Assembly (NCBI GenBank): GCA_008632985.1
Contig: QPGO01000114.1
Coordinates: forward strand, 248,001-268,509
Direction of reading: 5' to 3'
DNA length: 20,509 bases
From: Psammoneis japonica
Taxonomy: Eukaryota
The position numbers and the translations under genes are program-made. Positions 10,709 through 20,142 of this stretch are shown in pieces. Under the pieces are notes generated by a model. The model saw only the letters and a program-made list of their open reading frames with translations, searched no databases and was not told where the DNA came from. Positions within the stretch are counted from its first letter, which is position 1. Each line of letters begins with the position of its first letter.

Positions 10709-11390
10709 GGCAAACCGGAAGCTCCAAATGATTGTCCGAACACAAACAGACTCGTGATCAACGAGACCATGCTTAACCCGTCAAAGGTCAAGCATGGCAA
10801 AGTAGAATGGTTTAAACGGATGAACTATCAAGGAAGATGAGGTTAATAGTCACGTCATTGAAAACGGCTAGCCTCTCCATATCACCCTTGGCGGACTCCT
10901 TGTGCTCGGAAATAACGGCAACGTCATTGACAGCGACAGTGCCGCTTCATACTGTGACTAGTGCAATCGTTTGCAGCTGAATAACGGTGGTGACGAGCTC
11001 GTTCTCGTAGACAGACAAGATGTCGAGGTTGATCGTGTAGCTTGGCATGTGGGGTCTGATGATTTTCCATACCAGAATGATGCAACCAAGGCAGTCCGAG
11101 ATGCGACTCTTGACAACAGCATTGGTACAAACTGGTACAGCGAAGGAACACCTGGAACGAAATTATGTGTGTCCGAATCCTAACATAAGCGAAGATGGAC
11201 CGGTCTCTTTGAGGACAGTGATCATGTGCAATCGTGCTCAAGTTTCAGACACGTTGGGTGAATGGGTGGGGCTCTTCAATCCGGCGCGTCGTGGGCTTTA
11301 CGCATTGACGGAAAGAGCTGGTGTGTGGAGCCACTCCGTATGGTGGTGGTGATTTAGGCGCTCCGGGAGCCAAGAATGACTGCCCTCCCG
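10709..11390 (+). pseudogene. Tandem lamin-tail-domain (LTD) protein remnant
   Basis: GKPEAPNDC; LVINETMLNPSKV..GKVEWF..MN; SHVIENG*PLHITLGGLLVLGNN; LNNGGDELVLVD...VDRVAW; EGTPG; second copy IMCN.AQVSDTLGEWVGLFNP...PYGGGDLGAPGAKNDC. Stops and frameshifts present. Confidence 0.75.
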
Positions 11391-11529
11391 GTCGCTGAAT
11401 GGAACAGGAGAAAAGAGGTAACATCAGAGGCTCTAGGTGATAGCGTCGCTTGTGCTGTAGTAGCAGGAATAAAGGTAAGCACGTGTTAATAAAGATCTTC
11501 AACTCCCATCCTTACCTAAATGATATTGT

Positions 11530-13110
11530 CTAGGATTGGAGGAGCCAACTATCAATCAACTTTCGTGCCAGTACCCCATGTGGTGGAATCAACAACGGCA
11601 ACGTTGGATCATTTTCCATTGCTTTCTTTGCCACTTCGTGTAACATAACCGCTCCAGGACCGATCGATGCCTTGACCACATCGTCAAAATCAAACCAAGC
11701 AAATTCTACCAATTCTTCCTCGTCCATGTTAGTCTCTTGATTCTCATCCACCGTGGCGTGAAAATCAATCATGCAGGAACGGGGAAAAGGCCACGGTTGA
11801 GATCCGATGTACGACACAGAGTCCGTATCAATGCACACGCCGGTTTCCTCAAACACTTCACGACGAATCGCTTGTTCAAACGTTTCTCCGGCTTCGACAA
11901 AACCAGCCAGAGCCGTGTGCATTTTGGGTGGATGGCGTGGTGTCTCGCTAGTAGGGCACGATTCTTGAGTCGATTGGTGACTAGAACAATAATGCTGGGA
12001 TCCTGACGAGGCCAACTCATGACACCGCAGCCCGTACACCTTTGGCATGATCCGCCTTGAAATGTGATGAGCGATGAACCACAACTGGAACAGCGCTTGT
12101 GTGTCTTTTTCCATTGTGACAAGGCGGTTGCATACAACGCAAGCTCGTTGTGTTTCTCGTTCAGGAGCGGTGCTTGTGTTCAAGAGTACGCAAAGCTTCC
12201 TGCTACGTCAAACGATGAATCATCTTGATCATCATCCAGGTCAATACTAAAGACTGCGGAGCCATCGGAAGCGAGTCCAAGAAATGTCTTTTCGCTATTG
12301 TCTGGTACACTTGAAGACCAACAAGAGCTAATTCAGTAGGCGATGCAAACAAGCATTCTCGACCACGGACAATAACATGCTTGGAATCTGCTTGCTCCTC
12401 GAGGTTTTGGATAGCTTCTTCATCTCGTCGAAGATGCGTTGCCCGATCCAGACGCGTACATGACGCAATCATTTCATTGCTTTCACCCACAGCATCACGT
12501 AGAATTCCACTTGCATCGAACGCCAAATTGGCAGCAGCGTCCGGTTACAATCGCATGTTCCCCTGACGATTTGCATGGGTCGGGTGCACCACCGTCTGCG
12601 CCAAACAACCGGACTGACGAGTCGTCGTCTCGCCCAGCAATGGCAATAGCCGCAAAACCCTTGTTGTGTCCTTTGGGTCTAAAGGTGGGACTGGCGGCAC
12701 TTCCTTCGGCAATGGCATAATCGACATTCATTTGTTTACAAAGCGCAAGCCCCGCTTCTGCAGTCCAGTGGAGTTTTGATCGGATGTACCCGTCCGCTTC
12801 AGTTTCATCAGGCATGGCATCGTTCTTGAAACTGACGAGTTTCGAATGAAGAACTTTATCACTTTTTAGAGCAGCGGCAAGGCCTTCCGGGTGTTGTAAG
12901 CGACAGAGCCTCCATAAAATACAGCGGAAGAACATGATGGAGGAAGAAAGGACTCCACCCGCGGAACATTCCACAGTAGTCACGGTCTTTTTCAACTTCT
13001 TGAGACCATTGACCAGTCTCGTGAACGATGGTGAGCGGAAGCTGTGATTGATCACCTTGAGACGACGCAGTATGGAGAAGCAAATGATTTCTAAAAGCCT
13101 GCATTGACAT
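11530..13110 (-). pseudogene. nudC: CinA/PncC-like (NMN deamidase fold) plus NudC-type NADH pyrophosphatase fusion, multiply frameshifted
   Basis: 5' part: VTTVECSAGG, SSAVFYGGSVAYNTRKA, DYAIAEGSAASPTF.P.G..KGFAAIAIAG (CinA C-terminal fold). Then LDRATHLRRDE, zinc ribbon CSSCG...CTGCG..WPRQDPSIIVLV, Nudix box AGFVEAGETFEQAIRREVFEETGV and NudC signature SQPWPFP. Motifs are spread over several frames. Confidence 0.85.
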
Positions 13111-13282
13111 ACAACACTACAACTAATTCGCGACGATGACTAGAGTAGAAGTAGCTACCGGTAGCAGTGCTGTAGAGAGTTTGGGCCGTTGTTGTCGTTT
13201 GTCGTTGCACTCATCGAAACGAACGCGGCAGGTGTCATTCACCTGAAGAGAGAAGGAAGCATGGGAGTTAGTTGTGCGTGGA

Positions 13283-13698
13283 GCACCCCTGTGGTAGGGG
13301 AGAATATGGTGATGTCATGGTTACGTGGCAGTTTATATCTTATTCATTATATTTTTATATAAATGTCCTCACATTTATTTATGCATTTGTACACAAATGC
13401 CAATAGTAACAGGAAAAATCCTGAACACTCCACGCACACCCCTGTGGTAGGGGAGCTGTGTGTGTGTGCGTGGTTGTGCGCGCACGGCTTCGCCGTGCGT
13501 TGAGTTTCAATCTTAATATCCACACGAATGTGTATATTCCATAAGTAAAAATTTATTCAGGATTTTTCCTGTTACTATTGGCATTTGTGTACAAATGCAT
13601 AAATAAATGTGAGGACATTTATATAAAAATATAATGAATAAGATATAAACTGCCACGTAACCATGACATCACCATATTCTCCCCTACCACAGGGGTGC
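13283..13698. mobile_element. Foldback/MITE-like element: 143-bp perfect inverted arms around a 130-bp spacer
   Basis: 13283-13425 is the reverse complement of 13556-13698. The spacer holds a direct copy of the terminal CACCCCTGTGGTAGGGGAG (13437-13455), a short TG run and the hairpin GCACGGC-TTC-GCCGTGC. No TSD. Confidence 0.75.
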
Positions 13699-13972
13699 CC
13701 GGGTTCCTTTGGGCGTGCAGAGAAAAGACCCGAGCGAGTGACAGACCATTTTCATCTAAGAAGCGACCTCGCTCAGCGCGGTTCCGTCCGGCCTTCGTAC
13801 GGGACCTTTCGAAAACCACTTGCACAAAACATCACAAAAATCGCACACCATGACGAGTGCCGCCGACGCGTCGTCGTGTAGCGCTATAACTGTTATGATA
13901 ACAACTACCAAACCTTGCACACACGATCTAACAGTATTCAAGTACATGTTCATGTTTTAGATTTGCTGAAAT

Positions 13973-15184
13973 ATGTCGGTTTCATCGATTGCGCCGCGGT
14001 TGAATAGCGACACTCATGGAAGCACACAAAATGCGGCTCCGGAGTATAACATGACCCAGGAGAGGCAAATTATGCTTGTTGATCCCAAAATCAACCTTTC
14101 AATCGTTCGAGTACTTGGTTTGAAATACAATGGATGCGAGATACCACGTCACATTCTCGGTTATGATGCTAATTGGCAAAACGTTTTTCGGAAGGTCCGA
14201 GATTTCGTCAAAATGGATGCCGCTGAGCAGAAGATCGAGAAGAACCGCTGGGGCAAGTTCCCACGATGGGAAAAAGACATATATGAACGAAGGATTCGCG
14301 TATTGAATGAGCAAAAGGCTGCTATTCATGAAAAGTATGCGCAAGTAACCATCGGAACTGCAAAATTACCGCGATCAGTTTCACCCGTGCCAGAACCGGT
14401 CGCGCAACAAGCATCAGTCGCTACAGACAATGATACCGCCGGAGAACAACAGGTAGAGCCACCTAGCAGTGTATCTGACAAAAGACTGACATCAGCCGGT
14501 TTGTCAGAATCGTCAAAGGTTTTTTTTAGAGGCAAGAGCAGAAAGCGTCGAAGCAGAACTCCAGCGTCGGAGTCTGTGGAACAAACAAGCGCCCCCGCCA
14601 ACGACGGTAGATCGAGTTTCAATCTGAAAGCTACATCACTTTTTTCCCCAGTAGAAGAACGTCTGGCTTTGGTAGAAGATGCAGAAAAGGTAAAAAAATC
14701 TCGAAACACTTTGCATCTGATGGGAACGAATGCAGCTTCTCTCAGCCAACAGGCGGACAGAACTGCGATTGATTCGATTCACGCACTGTTGAAGAAAGCG
14801 GGAACTGCTGCTGATACGACACACTATCCAAATCGGCTTGATAATGAACCGTGTGTGCGTGTTGTGTGCTTGGTTTTGAACGGGATTGAACCTTCCGAGA
14901 CGGATGGCGGGCAACGAAATACAATCGACCTTCCTGCCAAAAAGCCGGAGTTGCTGTTGGTCACGCATTCAGGGGACGATATAAAGCCTGTAATGCAAGC
15001 GTTCAAGGCTGTCACTAGGAGTGAAACAAGAAGCAATGATGCTTTTCACTTTTACCCATTAGTTGCTGGCAAGGATGGTTTGGTTTCATCTGCCGTTGAG
15101 AAATACATTGATGCTTTCAAGAAGAGTCGTAGGAAACCATCCAAAAAGCCTCGAGCGTACCCTGAAGTCATCGAAGAATTATGA
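13973..15184 (+). CDS. Element-encoded hypothetical protein, 403 aa
   Basis: Intact ORF with normal amino-acid composition. Helical N-terminal region, S/P/A/E-rich linker with basic NLS-like KSRKRRSR, globular-looking C-terminus. No family recognised. Confidence 0.8.
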   Translation: MSVSSIAPRLNSDTHGSTQNAAPEYNMTQERQIMLVDPKINLSIVRVLGLKYNGCEIPRHILGYDANWQNVFRKVRDFVKMDAAEQKIEKNRWGKFPRWEKDIYERRIRVLNEQKAAIHEKYAQVTIGTAKLPRSVSPVPEPVAQQASVATDNDTAGEQQVEPPSSVSDKRLTSAGLSESSKVFFRGKSRKRRSRTPASESVEQTSAPANDGRSSFNLKATSLFSPVEERLALVEDAEKVKKSRNTLHLMGTNAASLSQQADRTAIDSIHALLKKAGTAADTTHYPNRLDNEPCVRVVCLVLNGIEPSETDGGQRNTIDLPAKKPELLLVTHSGDDIKPVMQAFKAVTRSETRSNDAFHFYPLVAGKDGLVSSAVEKYIDAFKKSRRKPSKKPRAYPEVIEEL

Positions 15185-15260
15185 GCAGTTGTTGGATGGA
15201 CAGCATGTAGTATTTCAATATCTAAAGTACACTACTAGAATGAATCAATATACTACTACT

Positions 15261-15995
15261 TTAGAAAAATTGATAGCCAGGGGATTGGGATTGAGTAAAT
15301 CCCGTCATGTAGGCAAGGTTTGTCAAAGTTGAGCGATTCGATATCTCCAGCGGATCAAATTTTTTTGTCGGGCAAAGGGTGACGAGGATGGAGTGAAACA
15401 CCTTGAAGATTTTCTCAATCGATGCTTTCATTTCGCTCGTCCAATCTTCCTGCGAGTAAGTGGGAAGAACAGTTGATACAACAGTAATATCGCCATCCTC
15501 TTTGTATTCAGCAAATGTCAATGAGGCGTAATCTTGAATCCTTGATGACGTAACATGGACGTTGCCTCCGAAGAGTTGGTCCGGTGTTTCCTTGTTGCTC
15601 ATGAAATGACGAACCGGATCCATCTTGGCATTCGGAGGAGTGATTGTACCAGTACAGGATTGTTGAATAGGTTTCATACCACCATGTCCTTGCTCAAAAT
15701 GAACAGAATGCATAGTAAAGTCAGTCGTTTCACTGCTGCATACCGAGCAGTACAACGTCGCGTCACAACCTCTCAACGCGACGGAGCGGGCGTAGCAAGA
15801 GACACAAAGAGCACATTTTCCAGCACAACCCAGCTCAATAAAGCTTTCCATACATGTATAGATCTGATTCTCACAAGCTGTACATGACTTAATGGTCGAA
15901 TGAAGCGTATCGAGCTCACAATCGACTGTGACCCTGTTTGACGGAGAAGATTTACCATACACTTTCCGACGCCTTTTTTTTAATGGTTGTGACAT
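15261..15995 (-). CDS. Element-encoded protein with NLS and RING-like Cys8 zinc finger, 244 aa (possibly C-terminally truncated)
   Basis: PLKKRRRK, then CTAC-x15-C-x3-C-x2-C-x2-C-x14-CSVC. Confidence 0.75.
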   Translation of the reverse strand: MSQPLKKRRRKVYGKSSPSNRVTVDCELDTLHSTIKSCTACENQIYTCMESFIELGCAGKCALCVSCYARSVALRGCDATLYCSVCSSETTDFTMHSVHFEQGHGGMKPIQQSCTGTITPPNAKMDPVRHFMSNKETPDQLFGGNVHVTSSRIQDYASLTFAEYKEDGDITVVSTVLPTYSQEDWTSEMKASIEKIFKVFHSILVTLCPTKKFDPLEISNRSTLTNLAYMTGFTQSQSPGYQFF

Positions 15996-16500
15996 TTTGT
16001 GACAATACTGAAGCTACCCCAGTGATCCGAGATGAAAGAGTAACCGAGTCTATTAGTGGTATTGGATAATACTAAACGGTTGTTGAGCTACACGACGACG
16101 CGTCGGCGGCACTCGTCATGGTGTGCGATTTTTGTGATGTTTGTGCAAGTGGTTTTCGAAAGGTCCCGTACGAAGGCCGGACGGAACCGCGCTGAGCGAG
16201 GTCGCTTCTTAGATGAATTTTCAAAAACAGTTTTTGGTTTTTGATCGCCATACATCCGGGTTTTTATCGAATATTTGCCACGTGGAAGCAATTGAGACTA
16301 GGCGAAGAGAGATTAGACTATGAGTCTCTATCTCAACGCACCGTGGAACGAAGGCCAGACCTGCATGACATCACGATTGCGTCAATAACCCGGAAAATTC
16401 CTTTCAACCTGCACAGGGTTTTCGATTGTAGGGAATTCCTCATTCGACCCTGAATTTCCTTAGACAAGGAAAGACAAGGAAACCAGACAGGGAAAAATTA

Positions 16501-18342
16501 ATTGTCGTGATTTGCTGCGCAGTCACAACTGACACAATCATTTCATCAAGCGGTCGACTTGCCCAGAGCCTGCAGCTGCCAACACACTTCAACACACCAC
16601 ATTCAACGAGAAAGGCAGATGCCCTTGGGCACCACAGTCTTTGGGACAAAGAGGCAGCATGATGCTCCCATGTTCTCTTCCAGCATGTTTTCTCCAGTCG
16701 AGCCCACAACAAGCTCAAGTTGGGAGAAGAGTCATTCAACAGACGCACTTTTCAATGAGAAGCTTGTCAAGCTTTCTCTGTGGCTGCCTGCATTGTCCAT
16801 CATTGACGATGGCTGTCAGGACCAGCTGTGCTCCGTGCGACAATGGCGCTCGGCTTTCAGGCTTCTTGTTGCTGACAGTCACGCACCAAAAGCATGCGCA
16901 GCACCGCCACTGATGTCACACTCTGTGTGAGATTCCATGTCAGATCTTGGCACAAAGATTTTTGTTTGTCTTCTTTCTTGTCTTGGGCTGGCCACTTCCT
17001 TGCGATCAAAAACCCCAAACCTGCAACACAAGAAGACACAAAAGTGCAAGAAGACAACCAACCATGATGCAGTGCTGATGGGCCGTGCCTCACCCCCTCA
17101 TGAATGGTGCAACAGATGCTTGCATTGAGCTGCACAAGAGTGTGTCTTGCAAATGACTGTGACATCAGAAGGGCAACAACCAAAGTGAAGTGGTCGCAAA
17201 ATCTTCTGGCAAGTCGCTCCAATTGCCAGCGCCGTTGTTGCACCACAGTTGCTGTCAAACTGTTTCTCGTGCTGTTTGTTGCATTGTTTGTTGCCATCTT
17301 GTGGGAATCAATTGTGGATGGAAATTGAGTCAGGGCCTTGAAATGGCCCTTGCTGCTTGGCTGTTGTTCTTGACAGTCTGGCCAGCAGTCGCCCCACATC
17401 ACAAATTGTTGCGGCAGGGCCCAGCACATCTGTTGCTTGCCTTCATTGCAGCCGTCAATGACCACACAAGAAAAAAGCATGGAATGAACCCAGGTCAGAA
17501 CAGCATGGATTTGAACATTGAATGACCAGGGCAAGCCGCCAGCAAACAAGTTGTGGCCCATCTCGATCTGTTCAGGTCATCCCAGCACTGCAATCTCATC
17601 CATGACTTTCAGCACACTCCACATTTTGTCTGACTCCAGTGCAAACACATCCATTTTGATCACATCAAAACATGATTCAAAAGATGACCCAAACCAAAAT
17701 CTTCCAAGATGTCTGTCAAACACAGAACACAGGCACTCCCTTTGCAAGAGTGTCTGCTCCCGACTTTTGGAGGTTCTCAAATTGCATGAATCATGTGGGC
17801 TTGGACTGTCTTGTCCTCCAACAACAGGCTTTCTGTTGTGACTGAGCTTGGTGTCTCTGAATCTTCTTCCTGGAGTGTGGTCCCTTGCTGCAGACATCCT
17901 CAAGAAAATGCTCAGCATCTGGGGGATCGACTGGTGTGGCCACAACAACTGTGAATGAGTGGGGAGAGACTGCCACCCTTGCAAGGGATCACAGTGTGTC
18001 CAAACTTTTGTGAAGGACAAGGGATGGTGATGGCACCTCGTGCAGCGACAAAGAGTGTGAGACTCGCTTTTGTGGGACAAATGATGGCAACAACAAGAAG
18101 GAAGAGAAATTCCATCCAGTCTTTTTGAGACCAACACTTGCGGGATGATTCTCAAGGGAAACTGGCTTTGCAACAAGCAACATGTCATGTCATGAGGTTT
18201 CGTGCCGGGGGTGGTTTTGATGCCTGACCAGAGAAAGCGCGTGCTGTGGAAACGCCAAGAGCCCAAAAGTTGAAACAGTTTGCAACATGACTCAATCGAC
18301 AGAAGGGCAAGAGTGAACCACAAAGCTGTGGTGGGAGCATTT
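16501..18342. mobile_element. TpA-free decayed repeat or TE relic with a minus-strand ORF remnant (~17250-17800)
   Basis: I found no TA dinucleotide between 16501 and 18342. ORFs 17577-18323 and 16857-17561 share a frame and are separated by one TGA (..KVMDEIAVLG*PEQIEMGHNLFAGGLPWS..). Confidence 0.55.
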
Positions 18343-18600
18343 TACAGCATGATGTCAAGAGCCCGCAAGTCCGCTCAGTTGACAGAGTGGCAAGAACAAA
18401 CTACAAAGCCGTGGCGGGAGCACACCATGGCAACACAAAAAGCCCGAAAATCGAAACAGTTCACAATGCGGCTCAATCGATGGAGCACAGAGTGCAAGAG
18501 CGAAGCATGGTGGGAGCATGTTCTGGTGCCGCCAAGATCCCAAAATCGAGATAGTTCGCAACGTGGCTCATTCGATAGAGCAGCAGGAGCGAACTACAAA
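18254..18600. repeat. Four diverged ~90-bp tandem units
   Basis: Recurring ..CAAGAGCCC.AAA.TYGA.AYAGTT..CAA..GCTCA.TCGA..GCAAGAG.GAA..ACAAAG..GTGGYGGGAGCA. Confidence 0.85.
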
Positions 18601-18771
18601 TGACTTGTCAGTGTCTTTCTTCTTCTTACTAACAAGTTGAACGCACCATGGAGTCTTCGCCAGGTCATTCTCGACCAACACGTTTGGATTTTTTTTGCAA
18701 CAGTACAGTAGGATTATATGTTAAACTTTCTCTAATCTTTTGATCCGTTTCCGTCTTTTCGAGCTTCTTCA

Positions 18772-19191
18772 AAATGCACATTTTGGTAACCTTTCATGTG
18801 TCATCATATAAAATTACAGAACAACACACAAAAGCAAGCACTTAAGCTCTGCCCTTGTTTGTGTCCCAAACTTTGCAAGTCACAATCCTGCAACACTGCC
18901 TGTCATCGGGGCCATCTCGAGCGGCTATCAAGATAGATACCGAGCACGGCGAAAAAAAGGTGGAGTGAGCAAGATGCATATTTTGGTGCACTTTTTATCA
19001 TAACATGTACTTACAGCATAATAATATCATACAAAACAGAAAGCACGACAGCACAGTCCTTCGTTGCCTCCCTGTTGCAATCCCGGAATCCTGCCTATGA
19101 GTGCAGTACTGTAGGGCTATCTCGACCGGCTACAAAGGAGACCGAGCACGGCGAGAAAAAGGCCTCTTGTAAGCAAAATGCACATTTTGGT
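18772..19191. repeat. Diverged ~200-bp tandem duplication
   Basis: AA.ATGCAYATTTTGGT at ~18772, ~18971 and ~19175; GGGCYATCTCGA.CGGCTA...ACCGAGCACGGCGA.AAAAAGG occurs twice. Confidence 0.8.
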
Positions 19192-19995
19192 TAGCTGTAA
19201 ACTACACTATCACTGAACGATACTTACAGGCCCCATATAAACCATGCCACATTTGATTGTTGTGAAATTGTACAGAAACTACAAGGTAATTCACGATGTT
19301 GTCGAAAACGGAAAGCACGAGAAAGACACGACGGTGAGCAATAAGTCGAGTTATATGCATGAGATAACAATCAACACGACTCAACAAACAAACCATATAA
19401 AACATAACATCAGTTTTTGCATTGAGTCATGCTTCTTCATTTCTATCGGTACAAAATCAAAACCATGAAGTAGGCTCTCGTGTAAGTACGAAGTGCGTCT
19501 TGCGTCTTGAGTCGAGCAAAACAGTCCTTACGGTGGCGTTTCTTATTTCGATAGGGTCCACAGCTTGCAAGCGATGTGATAGAAATTATGCCAAAATTCA
19601 GATGCTCGTTCCTGCAAATGTAACAGGCTAAAGAGCTAAGTGTTTGGAAGTTTGAGATAGCGAGAGAAATAGAGACATAACACGCAAAAACGGATTGCAG
19701 CGGCTCACCTTCAATCCATCATCCATCATAAGTCATCCCCTCCCACACTTCATCTTAAAACTCCCACTGCTGTCTCAACACAAACAAACAGCGCGAACAA
19801 AACGCGCAGTTTTTGAAAAGCAGCGACGCCATTTCAAAAACTCTTTTCAAAAACTCTCGCTTTTTTCACCACGACGAAGTGCGGAGAGTCTCGAGGCTCT
19901 TCGCCTCTTGTTATTTCGAGTCTCGCTACGGCACGCGACACGCGACACCGATCTATCGATCAAGTCCCGGCTTGGGAGGTCTGTGATTGGTACGG

Positions 19996-20142
19996 TCTCA
20001 CTTTGGTCTCAGCCATTTCTCAGTTTGTCTCAGTTTCTTCTCAGGTTTTTCTCAGCTGTCTCAGCACTCTCTCAGGGGAATCTTGGCATTGTCTCAGCAG
20101 CTGTCTCAGCCAAAAAATTGCTCTGTCTCAGCGTTGTCTCAG
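19996..20142 (+). repeat. Phased array of TCTCAG hexamers (~11-bp period)
   Basis: Exact TCTCAG at 20007, 20018, 20028, 20039, 20050, 20059, 20070, 20092, 20104, 20126 and 20137; variant TCTCAC at 19996. Confidence 0.9.

Larger units (their letters stand above)
13752..16216. mobile_element. TIR DNA element with ~131-bp TIRs, candidate 4-bp TSD ATTT and two convergent ORFs
   Basis: 13752-13882 and 16087-16216 are reverse complements except for a 1-nt indel in an A run; ATTT at 13748-13751 and 16217-16220. Confidence 0.88.

Noticed and set aside
11530..13110. Programmed frameshifting to rescue CinA-NudC
   Set aside because: Too many frame breaks and degenerate motifs; pseudogenisation is simpler
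13797..13960. Possible 5'UTR intron from GTACGG in the TIR to TTTTAG with a CTAAC branch site
   Set aside because: Plausible signals but untestable without transcripts
16440..18603. Long ORFs such as 16857-17561 and 17577-18323 as functional genes
   Set aside because: Same TA-free artefact; at best a mutated remnant interrupted by TGA
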